64,000 nucleotides of DNA, taken from positions 87,068 through 151,067 of the forward strand of contig CAWHIU010000001.1 of assembly GCA_963829475.1 (NCBI GenBank). Direction: 5' to 3'. Below are positions 1-9,092 of this stretch, in pieces. Position 1 is the first letter of the stretch. Every line of letters begins with the position of its first letter. The notes beneath the pieces are model-generated. The model ran no database searches and had not been told where the DNA came from. It worked only from the letters and a program-made list of their open reading frames with translations. Position numbers and translations under genes: made by a program. Origin of the DNA: an uncultured Actinomycetes bacterium. GTDB lineage: Bacteria > Actinomycetota > Acidimicrobiia > IMCC26256 > JANYLB01.

Positions 1-409
1 TGTGCTCGGCGGAGCTCAGGATCCCGAGGTAGTAGGGCGGGAACACCGTCGCGTGCACCGAGAGCGCGTCGGAGAACGTGACGCCGGCGTGGAGGGCTTC
101 CTGCACGTCGATCAGGATCGCCTTGAAGCGCTTGTTGTCGACCCCTTCGGCCACGACGCCAAGCGCGTCGGTGAGCGGGATGCCGCCGCGGGTGAACGCT
201 GCCATCTGACGGGAGAAGTGCTGGATCACCTGGCGCGGGACGCGCTCCTTGGTGATCTCGATGTTCATGCCCTTCTTCTCGCGGATCTTGACGACCTGGA
301 AGTCGCGCCGCGCGAGCTGGTTCTTGAGCGCGTTCGCACTTTCGGCGTTGCCCGCGGCCTTGACCTTGGTGCCGTCGGGTGCGACGGCCACATATCGGAA
401 CGTTGCCAT
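1..409 (-). CDS. pilC: type IV pilus / type II secretion platform protein (PilC/GspF family), N-terminal part; runs off the left edge
   Basis: Own minus-strand translation from ATG 409-407 gives MATFRYVAVAPDGTKVKAAGNAESANALKNQLARRDFQVVKIREKK...FSRQMAAFTRGGIPLTDALGVVAEG...FPPYYLGILSSAEH, a typical GspF/PilC N-terminus. It lies 24 nt downstream of the PilB-like ATPase. It is absent from the ORF track because no stop lies inside the window. Confidence 0.8.
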   Translation of the reverse strand, partial: MATFRYVAVAPDGTKVKAAGNAESANALKNQLARRDFQVVKIREKKGMNIEITKERVPRQVIQHFSRQMAAFTRGGIPLTDALGVVAEGVDNKRFKAILIDVQEALHAGVTFSDALSVHATVFPPYYLGILSSAEH

Positions 410-432
410 GACTCTCTTCTCCCGTAGCCCTG

Positions 433-2304
433 CTAGACGACGTACACGGTTCGCAGCACCTCACCGATGGTGGTCTCGCCGCGGGCGACGAGCCGCAGCG
501 CTTCGTCGGCGAGGGTCCGCATGCCGTTCTCGAGCGCGACCTTGCGGATGAGGTCCTGGGGCGCGTTCTCGATCACGAGCTGCTTCAGCTCGTCGTTGAT
601 GGGCATGACCTCGTAGATGCCGATCCGGTCGTAGAACCCGGTGCCGGCGCAGAAGTTGCAGCCCTCGCCCCGGTAGAAGTGCTCGACCGCCGGGCCGCCG
701 GCCTGCTCGTAGTACGCGAGCTCCTCGCCGTCGGGCTGGTAGGCCGACGTGCAGGTCGGGCACACACGACGGATGAGGCGTTGCGCGACCACACCCACCA
801 CGCAGGAAGCGATGAGGAACGGCTCGATGCCCATGTCGAGGAAGCGATGCAGTGCGCTCGTCGAGTCGTTCGCGTGCAACGACGACATCACGAAGTGACC
901 GGTGAGCGCGGCCTGGACCGCGATGCGCGCGGTCTCGACGTCGCGGATCTCGCCGATCATCACCGCATCGGGGTCCTGGCGCAGGATGGATCGGAGACCG
1001 TTCGCGAACGTGATCTCGGCTTGCTCGTTGATCTGGATCTGGTTGATCTCCGGGAACACGTACTCGACCGGATCCTCGATCGTCATCACGTTGATCTCTT
1101 CGCGGTTGATCTCGGTGATGGTGGCGTAGAGCGTGGTCGTCTTCCCGCTCCCGGTCGGCCCGGCGCAGATCACCATTCCGTACGGCGACTTCACCAACTT
1201 CTCGAACCGCGCCGCGGTGTCGGGGGGCATGCCGAGGTCGGAGAGCCGGAAGAGCGCGCGGCTCTTGTCGAGCAGCCGCATGACGCACTTCTCGCCGAAG
1301 ACGGTCGACGTGGTGCTGACGCGGATGTCGAGCTCCTTGTCGCCGACCGACGTCTCGATCTGACCGTCCTGCGGGCGGCGACGCTCGACGATGTTCATGT
1401 TCGCCATGACCTTGATGCGACTCACGAGCGACTGCGCCATCGACTCCGGGAGGCTCAACACCTCGTGGAGCGCACCATCGGTGCGGTTGCGCACCCGTAC
1501 CCGACCGGCGAGGGGCTCGATGTGCACGTCGGACGCGCGGTCGCGCACCGCCTGCTCGAGGATGAGCTTCACCACCTGGACGATCGGTGCGTTCTCGTCG
1601 ACGACCGCCTTCGGCGTCTCCTCGACGACGCGGTCGATCGCGAGGGTCTCGAACGCGCGCACAGCTTCGTCGACCTTGGCGGTGGCCTTGTAGCTGGTCT
1701 CGATCGCGCGACGGATGTCGGACACCGGCGCGAGGAGCAACGTGACCCGTCGCCCGGTGACCTCCCCGAGGGTCGCGGCGAGATTCGGCTGCGTCGGATC
1801 GGCCGCGACGATCGCGATCTGACGGTCATTGCATCGGAACGGAACGACCGAGAGCTCGCGAGCCATGTCCTCCGAGATGGTTGCGATCGCGTCGGGGTTC
1901 GGTGCCTCGCGTCGCAGATCCGCGAGGTGCAGGCCGAACTGCTCCGCGAGGGCCGCGACCAGGATCAGCTCGTCGATCAGGCCCGCGTCGACGAGGAAGG
2001 CCCCCAGTCGCTTCCCCGTCGGCGCGAGCTGGAGCAGCGCTTCGTTGATCTGCTCCTCGGTGAGGATGTTCGTCGACTCGAGGATCTCACCGAGCCGAGG
2101 TCGACCACCGGCCCGCGGCGCACTCGGAGCGACCGCGAACGGGTCCGACTCGGTACTCGCCGTGTGCCCGTTCGTGGCGTGCTCCGGATCGGCGGCCGCG
2201 ACGGGCGCGCCCTCGACGACAGCGTCGTCGTCGGACGGCGTCAGGTCGATCGCCGACAGACCGGTCTCGAACAGGGCTGGCTTCGTCGCCTTCCGAAGCT
2301 TCAC
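433..2304 (-). CDS. pilB: type IV pilus assembly / type II secretion ATPase (PilB/GspE family)
   Basis: 623-aa ORF with a GTG start at 2304 preceded by GGGGAGAGAG. It has Walker A GPTGSGKTTT, a zinc tetracysteine CPTC...CNFC and a long N-terminal GspE_N-like region. Confidence 0.9.
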   Translation of the reverse strand: MKLRKATKPALFETGLSAIDLTPSDDDAVVEGAPVAAADPEHATNGHTASTESDPFAVAPSAPRAGGRPRLGEILESTNILTEEQINEALLQLAPTGKRLGAFLVDAGLIDELILVAALAEQFGLHLADLRREAPNPDAIATISEDMARELSVVPFRCNDRQIAIVAADPTQPNLAATLGEVTGRRVTLLLAPVSDIRRAIETSYKATAKVDEAVRAFETLAIDRVVEETPKAVVDENAPIVQVVKLILEQAVRDRASDVHIEPLAGRVRVRNRTDGALHEVLSLPESMAQSLVSRIKVMANMNIVERRRPQDGQIETSVGDKELDIRVSTTSTVFGEKCVMRLLDKSRALFRLSDLGMPPDTAARFEKLVKSPYGMVICAGPTGSGKTTTLYATITEINREEINVMTIEDPVEYVFPEINQIQINEQAEITFANGLRSILRQDPDAVMIGEIRDVETARIAVQAALTGHFVMSSLHANDSTSALHRFLDMGIEPFLIASCVVGVVAQRLIRRVCPTCTSAYQPDGEELAYYEQAGGPAVEHFYRGEGCNFCAGTGFYDRIGIYEVMPINDELKQLVIENAPQDLIRKVALENGMRTLADEALRLVARGETTIGEVLRTVYVV

Positions 2305-2538
2305 GTGCGGTCTCTCTCCCCTTGTGCCAAGGCATGGATTCCCGGGACCGCTCGGTCGGCTCCCAGCCCGCCCCGAGCCATTGGGACGATACGGACATCA
2401 CGGAGGGTGAACAATGGGTCCCCAGACCCAGGGACGCTCCCGCGGAACGTGGGAATGCCGGCCCGGGATCACGATCGGGCCCGGTGAGCCATACTCGGCC
2501 GCTCATTGGGGGGTCGGTCGTTTCGCCGAGGAGGCGCC

Positions 2539-4164
2539 GTGTCGGGGGATTGGAACTTCGCGACCTGCTGGGAGGCGATCGCCGATGCCCGGCCCGACGC
2601 CCCGGCGCTGGTCCAGGGGGACCGTCGGGTCACCTGGGCCCGGTTCGAGGACCGCAGCGCCCGCCTCGCCCGGGCCTTCGCAGGCTTCGGACTCGGTCCC
2701 GACGCCAAGGTCGCGAGCTACCTGTACAACTGCCCGGAGTACCTCGAGGGCACCTTCGCGACGTGGAAGCTGCGTGCGGTCCCGGTCAACGTGAACTACC
2801 GCTACCTCGAGGACGAGCTCCTCTACCTCCTCGAGAACTCCGACGCCGAGGTGCTCCTCTTCCACGGAGTGCTCGGCGAACACGTCGCCAAGATCCGTGA
2901 CCGGGCGCCGAAGCTGCGCGCCGTGGTGCAGGTCGACGACGGATCGCCCCTCCTCGAGGGCGCCGTCGCCTACGAAGACCTGATCGCCGCGAACGAACCG
3001 GCGGAACGCATCACCCGCTCTGGCGACGACCGCTACATCATCTACACCGGCGGTACCACCGGGATGCCCAAGGGCGTGATGTGGCGCATCGGCGACCTCT
3101 TCGACACCACCGTGTCGACGATGGTCGACCTGCTGGGTGAGGCGCTCCCCGACACTCCCGAGGGCATCGGACCGGTCGCGCAACGAATCGCGGCCGGCGG
3201 CGGAACTCCCGTGCACCTCCCGGCGTCACCCCTGATGCACGGCACCGGGTTCTTCAGCTCGCTGACCGCGCTCACCCTGGGCGGCACGATCGTCACGCTC
3301 GAACCGCGCAACTTCGAAGCCGACGAGCTGTGGGCCACCGTCGCGCGTGACCGCGTCACGCAGATGGCGATCGTCGGCGACGCGTTCGGTCGGCCGATGG
3401 TCCACGCGCTCGATGCCGCGGCCGCGATCGGCGAGCCGTACGACCTGTCGTCATTGGTGCTCATCATCAGCTCCGGGGTCATGTGGACCGCCGAGGTGAA
3501 GCAGGGGCTGATGAAGCACGGCCACTTCGTCTGCTACGACTCGCTCGGATCGAGCGAGGGCATCGGCTTCGCGAGCCAGCTCACCGAGCCCGGAGCCGAG
3601 GCGACCACGGCATCGTTCCAGATCGGCGAGCACTGCGTCGTGCTCACCGAAGACGGCCGTCGGGTCGAGCCGGGCTCCGAGGAGATCGGGCTGCTCGCGC
3701 TGGGCGGGCCACTCCCGCTCGGCTACTACAAGGACGACGCGAAGACGGCCGCGACGTTCCGCACCATTGCCGGAGAGCGATACTCCATCCCCGGCGACTG
3801 GGCGAGGGTCGCGGCCGACGGGACGATCGAGCTGCTCGGACGGGGCTCGGTGTCGATCAACACCGGCGGCGAGAAGGTCTTCCCGGAAGAGGTCGAGGAG
3901 GCCGTGAAGCTGCATCCGGCCGTCGTCGACGCGATCGTGGTGGGCGTTCCCGACGACCGCTTCGGCGAAGTGATCGCTGCGGTGGTCTCGGTGCACGACG
4001 CCGACGCCGTGACCGAAGCCGAGATCGTCGACGAGGTGCGGGACCGGTTGGCGAGCTTCAAGCGTCCCCGGCACGTCGTCATCGTCGACGACGTGCCGCG
4101 CGGACCGAACGGCAAGGCCGACTACGCGTGGGCCAAGAAGCTCGCGGTCGAACGGACGCGCTGA
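2539..4164 (+). CDS. acyl-CoA synthetase / AMP-dependent ligase (FadD-like)
   Basis: Carries the AMP-binding signature IIYTGGTTGMPKGVMW and a C-terminal PNGKADY. I place the start at GTG 2539 (GAGGAGG 5 nt upstream) rather than the ORF-track start 2506. Confidence 0.8.
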   Translation: MSGDWNFATCWEAIADARPDAPALVQGDRRVTWARFEDRSARLARAFAGFGLGPDAKVASYLYNCPEYLEGTFATWKLRAVPVNVNYRYLEDELLYLLENSDAEVLLFHGVLGEHVAKIRDRAPKLRAVVQVDDGSPLLEGAVAYEDLIAANEPAERITRSGDDRYIIYTGGTTGMPKGVMWRIGDLFDTTVSTMVDLLGEALPDTPEGIGPVAQRIAAGGGTPVHLPASPLMHGTGFFSSLTALTLGGTIVTLEPRNFEADELWATVARDRVTQMAIVGDAFGRPMVHALDAAAAIGEPYDLSSLVLIISSGVMWTAEVKQGLMKHGHFVCYDSLGSSEGIGFASQLTEPGAEATTASFQIGEHCVVLTEDGRRVEPGSEEIGLLALGGPLPLGYYKDDAKTAATFRTIAGERYSIPGDWARVAADGTIELLGRGSVSINTGGEKVFPEEVEEAVKLHPAVVDAIVVGVPDDRFGEVIAAVVSVHDADAVTEAEIVDEVRDRLASFKRPRHVVIVDDVPRGPNGKADYAWAKKLAVERTR

Positions 4165-4188
4165 GCCGGAGGTCGGCCGGACGCGAAC

Positions 4189-4216
4189 CGGCGGCGCCCC
4201 CGAGGGAGCGCCGCCG
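4189..4216. terminator. GC-rich hairpin between convergent fadD-like and groES genes (candidate bidirectional terminator)
   Basis: The arm cggcggcgc pairs with gcgccgccg (9 bp) around a 10-nt loop. There is no U-tract. Confidence 0.5.
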
Positions 4217-4269
4217 TCCGTGACACCTGAGTCCTGAACCCCGAGGCCTGAACCCCTGAAGTTCGGGAA

Positions 4270-4578
4270 CTACTTCTTCTTCTTGCCACCCGTGATCTTG
4301 GCGAGCACGTCGCGCGAGCTGAGGATCAGGAGGTCTTCACCGTCGATCGTGATCTCGGTGCCGCCGTACTTCGAGTAGACGACGTTGTCGCCCACGGCGA
4401 GGTCGATCGGGATCACCTCGCCACTCTGCTCGGCCCGGCGACCCGGACCGACAGCGAGGACTTCACCCTGCTGCGGCTTCTCCTTGGCCGTGTCGGGAAT
4501 GACCAGCCCGCTCACGGTGGTCTCCTCGGCCTCGCCGGCCCGGACGACGATCCGGTCCTCGAGAGGTGAGAGGTTCAT
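4270..4578 (-). CDS. groES: co-chaperonin GroES
   Basis: Translation [46 protein letters not shown]...[33 protein letters not shown] at 4578 is preceded by GAGGAGGAAC. Confidence 0.95.
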   Translation of the reverse strand: MNLSPLEDRIVVRAGEAEETTVSGLVIPDTAKEKPQQGEVLAVGPGRRAEQSGEVIPIDLAVGDNVVYSKYGGTEITIDGEDLLILSSRDVLAKITGGKKKK

Positions 4579-4653
4579 CGATGTTCCTCCTCGACAGCTA
4601 TCAGTTGTGCGCGAATCTGCATGAGCCACGGGCGGGAGCGCCCGGAGATCGAA

Positions 4654-4680
4654 TTAGCACTCGCGGTTGGTGAGTGCTAA
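4654..4680 (-). promoter_or_regulatory. CIRCE operator (HrcA binding site) upstream of groES
   Basis: TTAGCACTC-gcggttggt-GAGTGCTAA is a perfect match to the CIRCE consensus TTAGCACTC-N9-GAGTGCTAA. It lies 76 nt upstream of the groES ATG. Confidence 0.9.
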
Positions 4681-4692
4681 TCCACGATACCG

Positions 4693-4724
4693 TCTCGGCC
4701 CCGGTCGGGCAAGCGGGGCCGAGA
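4693..4724 (-). terminator. hairpin after tsaD (candidate terminator separating tsaD from the groES promoter)
   Basis: The arm tctcggccccg pairs with cggggccgaga (11 bp) around a 10-nt loop, 26 nt after the tsaD stop. Confidence 0.5.
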
Positions 4725-4749
4725 CCTGATCAGCGGAGACGGCGCCGGA

Positions 4750-5739
4750 TCAGCTCAGGGTCAGCGACGGATCCGCGCCCGAGTCGAGCGGCGTCGGGCC
4801 GTCGATCCGCAGGCGCCACCATGCCGTGGCGGCGATCATCGCCCCGTTGTCGGTGCAGAGCTCGGGCGGCGGGAGGAACGCGTGGCGTCCGGTCGCCTCC
4901 GCCGCCTCGCGCACCCGTGCCCGCAAGCGGGAGTTCGCGGCGACACCGCCCCCGATCACCAGGGTCGGCGCATCGATCTCGTCGGCCGCGGCCAGCAGCT
5001 TCGCCACCAACGTGTCGACGACCGCCTCCTGGAACGACGCCGCGACGTCGGCGGGCACGGCGTCGGGCGCGCCCCGCAGGTGGTAGGCGACCGCGGTCTT
5101 CAGGCCCGCGAAGGAGAAGTCGAAGCCGTTGCCGACCATCGGACGGGGGAACGGCACCGCGTCGATGCGACCGACGCGCGCGATCCGGTCGATCGCCGGC
5201 CCGCCGGGGTACCCGAGACCGAGAAGACGGGCCACCTTGTCGAACGCCTCACCCGCGGCGTCGTCGAGCGTCTGACCGAGCACCCGGTACTTCCCGTGAT
5301 CCTCGACCGCGACCACCATGGTGTGGCCACCCGACACGAGCAGCACCGCGAGCGGCGACGGCAGATCGGGCTCCTCGAGCCACGCCGCATGCAGGTGGCC
5401 CTCGAGATGGTTCACGCCGACGTAGGGGATGTCGGCCGCGAGCGCGAGCGCCTTCGCCGCGCTCACACCGACGAGGAGCGCGCCGGCGAGCCCCGGGCCG
5501 TGGCACGCCGCGACCGCGTCGAGATCGGAGAGCTCGCACCCGGCCTCGACGAGCGCCTCCGCGATGACCGCCGTGATGAGCTGCACGTGGGCCCGACTCG
5601 CGATCTCGGGGACGACACCACCGAACCGCGCGTGGAGGTCGATCTGGCTCGACACCACCGACGAGCAGATCACGCGGCCGTCTTCCACCACCGCGGCAGC
5701 CGTCTCGTCGCAACTCGTCTCGAGCCCCAAGATCTTCAT
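4750..5739 (-). CDS. tsaD: tRNA N6-adenosine threonylcarbamoyltransferase TsaD (Kae1/Gcp)
   Basis: MKILGLETSCDETAAAVVEDG...GVNHLEGH...VSGGHT; 329 aa and intact. Confidence 0.95.
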   Translation of the reverse strand: MKILGLETSCDETAAAVVEDGRVICSSVVSSQIDLHARFGGVVPEIASRAHVQLITAVIAEALVEAGCELSDLDAVAACHGPGLAGALLVGVSAAKALALAADIPYVGVNHLEGHLHAAWLEEPDLPSPLAVLLVSGGHTMVVAVEDHGKYRVLGQTLDDAAGEAFDKVARLLGLGYPGGPAIDRIARVGRIDAVPFPRPMVGNGFDFSFAGLKTAVAYHLRGAPDAVPADVAASFQEAVVDTLVAKLLAAADEIDAPTLVIGGGVAANSRLRARVREAAEATGRHAFLPPPELCTDNGAMIAATAWWRLRIDGPTPLDSGADPSLTLS

Positions 5740-5760
5740 CGCCGTGATTCACCAACGTCC

Positions 5761-6318
5761 TCACCACCTTCTCGGGCTCTCGACGATGGTGGCGCCGCGG
5801 ATCGATCGGTCCAACGCTGCGAGTCGATCGGCGTAGGGCTCGGAGTCGATGCCGTTGGCCCACATGATCATGGCGTCCTCGTTCGTCTCGGCGTAGTAGC
5901 CCTTGCGCACGCCGACGGACTCGAAGCCGAAGTGCCGGTACAGCTCCTGCGCGCCGCGGTTCCCGACCCGGACCTCCAGCGTGAGGTTGACCGTCTCCCG
6001 GGCACGCGCCTCGTGGGCGAGCGCGAGCAGCAGACGGGTCCCCACCTGGTGCCGATGCCAGGAAGGATCGACCGCGATCGTCGTGATGTGACCGTCTTCG
6101 CCGGTGAGCATCAGGCCGGCGTATCCGACGACCTCTCGGCCGACGCGAGCGACGAAGTACGCCCGGGTCGCCCGGAGCCCGAGCTCGCTCATGAACAACG
6201 ACATGCTCCACGGACGTGGATACACCTCGGCCTCGATGCGCAGCACCGAGCGGAGATGACGACGACGCATCGGAACGACGTGCACGACGAGCGCACTCGG
6301 ATCGGGTTCGGCGGCCAT
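5761..6318 (-). CDS. rimI: ribosomal-protein-alanine N-acetyltransferase (GNAT, RimI)
   Basis: GNAT motif HRHQVGTRLLLAL and a conserved position between tsaB and tsaD. The ATG at 6318 shares one nt with the tsaB TGA. Confidence 0.8.
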   Translation of the reverse strand: MAAEPDPSALVVHVVPMRRRHLRSVLRIEAEVYPRPWSMSLFMSELGLRATRAYFVARVGREVVGYAGLMLTGEDGHITTIAVDPSWHRHQVGTRLLLALAHEARARETVNLTLEVRVGNRGAQELYRHFGFESVGVRKGYYAETNEDAMIMWANGIDSEPYADRLAALDRSIRGATIVESPRRW

Positions 6319-7015
6319 CACAGCCCCCGCCGGTCCCACTCGATCTCGGCGTCACTCGCTCGGAGGTACAGCACGTCGAGCTCCCACGGCGCGCAGAACT
6401 CCTCCCGTTCGACACGGGGAGCCGCGAGCTCCAGCAGTGCCGCGGCCCGGGGCCAGGCCGCCGCCGGGCCGGCCAGCTCGACGTGCTCGAGCTCGTCGAA
6501 CTTCGCTCGGTGGAGCAGCGCGCCGTCGCCCGCGATGAGCACTTCGTCGCCACGGGCCGCGAGCTCCCCCGCCAGCTCGTCGGGAGTGCCGACCGCGTAC
6601 TCCGAGATCCGTTGCAACCCGCCGGGGACCCCGCGGTACAGACGCGTAGAAGACCTCGCCCCGACGCGCGTCGATCGTCGGGACGACCAGACGGGTCGCG
6701 TGCCGCAGCGGGTACGCGACGAGGTCGAGCGTGGCGACGCCGACGACGGGGATCCGCAGGGCCTGCGCGAGCACCTTCGCCGTCGTGACGCCGACGCGGA
6801 GGCCGGTGAAGAGGCCCGGCCCGATCCCGACGCAGACGGCGGCGATCGTGTCGAGCGCGACGCCGCCACGCGGCGCAGACGTCGTGGATCGCGGGGACGA
6901 GATCCTCGGCGTGGCGACGCCCCGGCGGGAGCTCGAGCTCGGCCAGGGCCTCACCGTCGCGACCGACGGCGACGCTCACCCGAGGCGTCGCGGTGTCGAA
7001 GCAGAGGAGGTGCAT
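6318..7015 (-). pseudogene. tsaB: t6A protein TsaB (YeaZ), reading frame broken twice as sequenced
   Basis: Three frame segments join into one TsaB. They are MHLLCFDTATPRVSVAVGRDGE...LVPAIHDVCAA, then GVALDTIAAVCVGIGPGLFTGLRVGVTTAKVLAQAL...DARRGEVFYA, then LYRGVPGG...DAEIEWDRRGL. The shifts are near 6870 and 6645. Confidence 0.85.
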
Positions 7016-7017
7016 GA

Positions 7018-7501
7018 TCAAGCCGCCTCGAACGGCGCGATCACGGCGGCGAGGTCGCTGGCGCGCGCGGCCCAGGTCACCCCGTGAGGTGTGAGCGACA
7101 CCACCCGGGCCTGTTCGCCGTCGGCCACGTACTCGAAGTCCAGGTGGAGTCGGTCGGGCGGGAGCAACGGGCCGAGGATGTCGCCCCATTCGACGACCGC
7201 GACGGCATCGCCTCCGACGAGCTCGTCGAACCCGAGGTCGTGGACCTCCTGGAGATGCTCGAGGCGGTAGACGTCGATGTGCACGATCGGAACGCGCCCG
7301 TGGTACTCGTGCACGAGGGTGAAGGTCGGGCTGGTGACCGGCGTCGTCACGCCGAGAGCCGTCGCCAACCCCTGGGTGAAGGTGGTCTTGCCGGCACCGA
7401 GGTCGCCGGCCAGCACGAGCACGTCACCCCCGACGAGCAGCGGTTCGATCGCGGCCGCGAGCGCCCGGCGTCGACTCGGCCGAGTCGGTGCGCACCCTCA
7501 C
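7018..7501 (-). pseudogene. tsaE: t6A ATPase TsaE (YjeE), one frame break as sequenced
   Basis: The P-loop [14 protein letters not shown] is in the ORF-track frame. The only sensible start is GTG 7501, which overlaps the udg TGA as GTGA and reads [10 protein letters not shown] in another frame. The shift is near 7465. Confidence 0.75.
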
Positions 7502-8101
7502 GAGTCACCCCGCTCGGTCCGGCCCCGCTCGAGCGCACGCTTCATCAGCACGAAGTCGGCGCGGACGTTGGCGAGATGCACGCCACCGGTCCGCAACACC
7601 GCCGACGGATGCAACGTCGGGACGACGACGACCCCGTCGCCACGGGGGTACTCCGAGCCGCGCAGCTTCGTGATCCCGACCTTCGTGTCGAGCAGGAGCT
7701 TGGTCGCGAAGTTGCCGAGCGTGACGATGACCAGTGGGTCGATGAAACCGAGCTGAGCCGTCGAGGAAGGGGCGACAGGTCTCGATCTCGAGCGGGAGCG
7801 GATCGCGGTTGCCGGGCGGCCGGCACTTCACGACGTTCGCGATGTACGTCTGCTCGCGAGTCAGGCCGATCCCCTCGATCAGCGTCGTGAGCAGACGCCC
7901 GGCCCGGCCCACGAAGGGGATCCCGGTCTTGTCCTCTTCCGCCCCCGGGCCCTCACCCACGAAGACGAGATCGGCATGCGGGTCACCGGCACCGAACACG
8001 ACCTGGTTCCGGGTCTCGGCGAGCGGGCAGCGTCGGCAGCCGAGCGCTTCGTGCTCCAGCGCGTCGAACGTCGTCGCCGAAAGGACCGAATCCGCGTTCA
8101 C
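7498..8101 (-). pseudogene. udg: family-4 uracil-DNA glycosylase, one frame break as sequenced
   Basis: The N-terminal part has [16 protein letters not shown] and [11 protein letters not shown]. After ...CRPFLDGSA the homologous continuation [36 protein letters not shown]...[11 protein letters not shown] is in another frame. The shift is near 7748. Confidence 0.8.
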
Positions 8102-9092
8102 CGCACCGACGGGGCGAGGGCCCCGACCTCACGGGCGAAATCGATGATCAACGCGTCGAGCTCGGCGGCGCGTTCGAGCATCAGCATGTGCCCCGCCTTC
8201 GGGAACAGCTCGAGGCGGGCTCCGGGGATCAGCGATGCGATGCGACGCGACTCGGAGGGAGGGGTGAGCAGATCGGCCGTCCCACAGATGACGAGCGTCG
8301 GGAGCGTGATGGTCGGGAGCACCGCGGTGAGGTCGAGGCTGAGCAGCGCCTGCACCGCGAGCCGACTGGTGTCGGCCGCGCATCCGGCCATCATCTGTCG
8401 GGTGAGCTCGACGTGACTGGGCTGCGGATTCGCCCCGAAGCCGATGCGGGCGAGCACGAGGCCGAGGTCGCGACGCCGGAGCACCGAACCGATGTCGGGT
8501 GTCGTGTCGGCAACGAGCTCGGAACAGCTGCTGCATGCGTCGCATCTCGCTGATCCGGATCCGGTACATCGTGGAGAGCAACACGATTCCCCGCACGTGC
8601 TCGGCCGCATGCTCGGGGTGGCGGGTGACGTACGCCTGCACCGCGATGCCACCCATCGAGTGCCCGACGAGCACCGCGTCGCGAATCTCGAGTGCGTCGA
8701 TCACGGTCTTGACGTCGTCGGCGAGGTTGTCGATCGAATGCCCGCTCGATCCGACCGAGGAGTCGCCGTGACCCCGGTGGTCGAACGCGACGACGCTGAA
8801 CCCCGCTGCCGCCAGCTCGTCGAACTGCTTCACCCAGGTGCGGTTCGAGAGCGTGACGCCGTGCGAGAGCACGATCGTCGGCCCCTCGCCGTACTCCAGG
8901 GTGGCGATCGTCCCGCCGTCGTGGCTCGGGAACGAGCGCGCCGAACCGGGCGGGAGCGTGAAGTCTTCGCCGGAATCGCGGTCCGGGCCTGACCGCGCGC
9001 CGACGGGCCAGCGTCCGTTCGAGGACCCATGCTCCGCCGGCGAGCATCCCGGCCGCCGCCGCGCCGCCGACGAACACGCGCCGCGGGTTCAC
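8098..9092 (-). pseudogene. alpha/beta-fold hydrolase with N-terminal membrane anchor, two frame breaks as sequenced
   Basis: GTG 9092 overlaps the alr TGA and opens VNPRRVFVGGAAAAGMLAGGAWVLE. The sequence continues in a second frame (GEDFTLPPG...VAFDHRGHGDS...GHSMGG) and a third (LPTLVICGTADLL...FPKAGHMLMLE). The shifts are near 8990 and 8545. Confidence 0.7.

Noticed and set aside
2305-2538. Divergent promoters for pilB and the acyl-CoA synthetase, for example minus-strand TTGTTC-N17-TATCGT at 2386-2414.
   Set aside because: The hexamer matches are weak and are the only evidence. They are too speculative to list as features.
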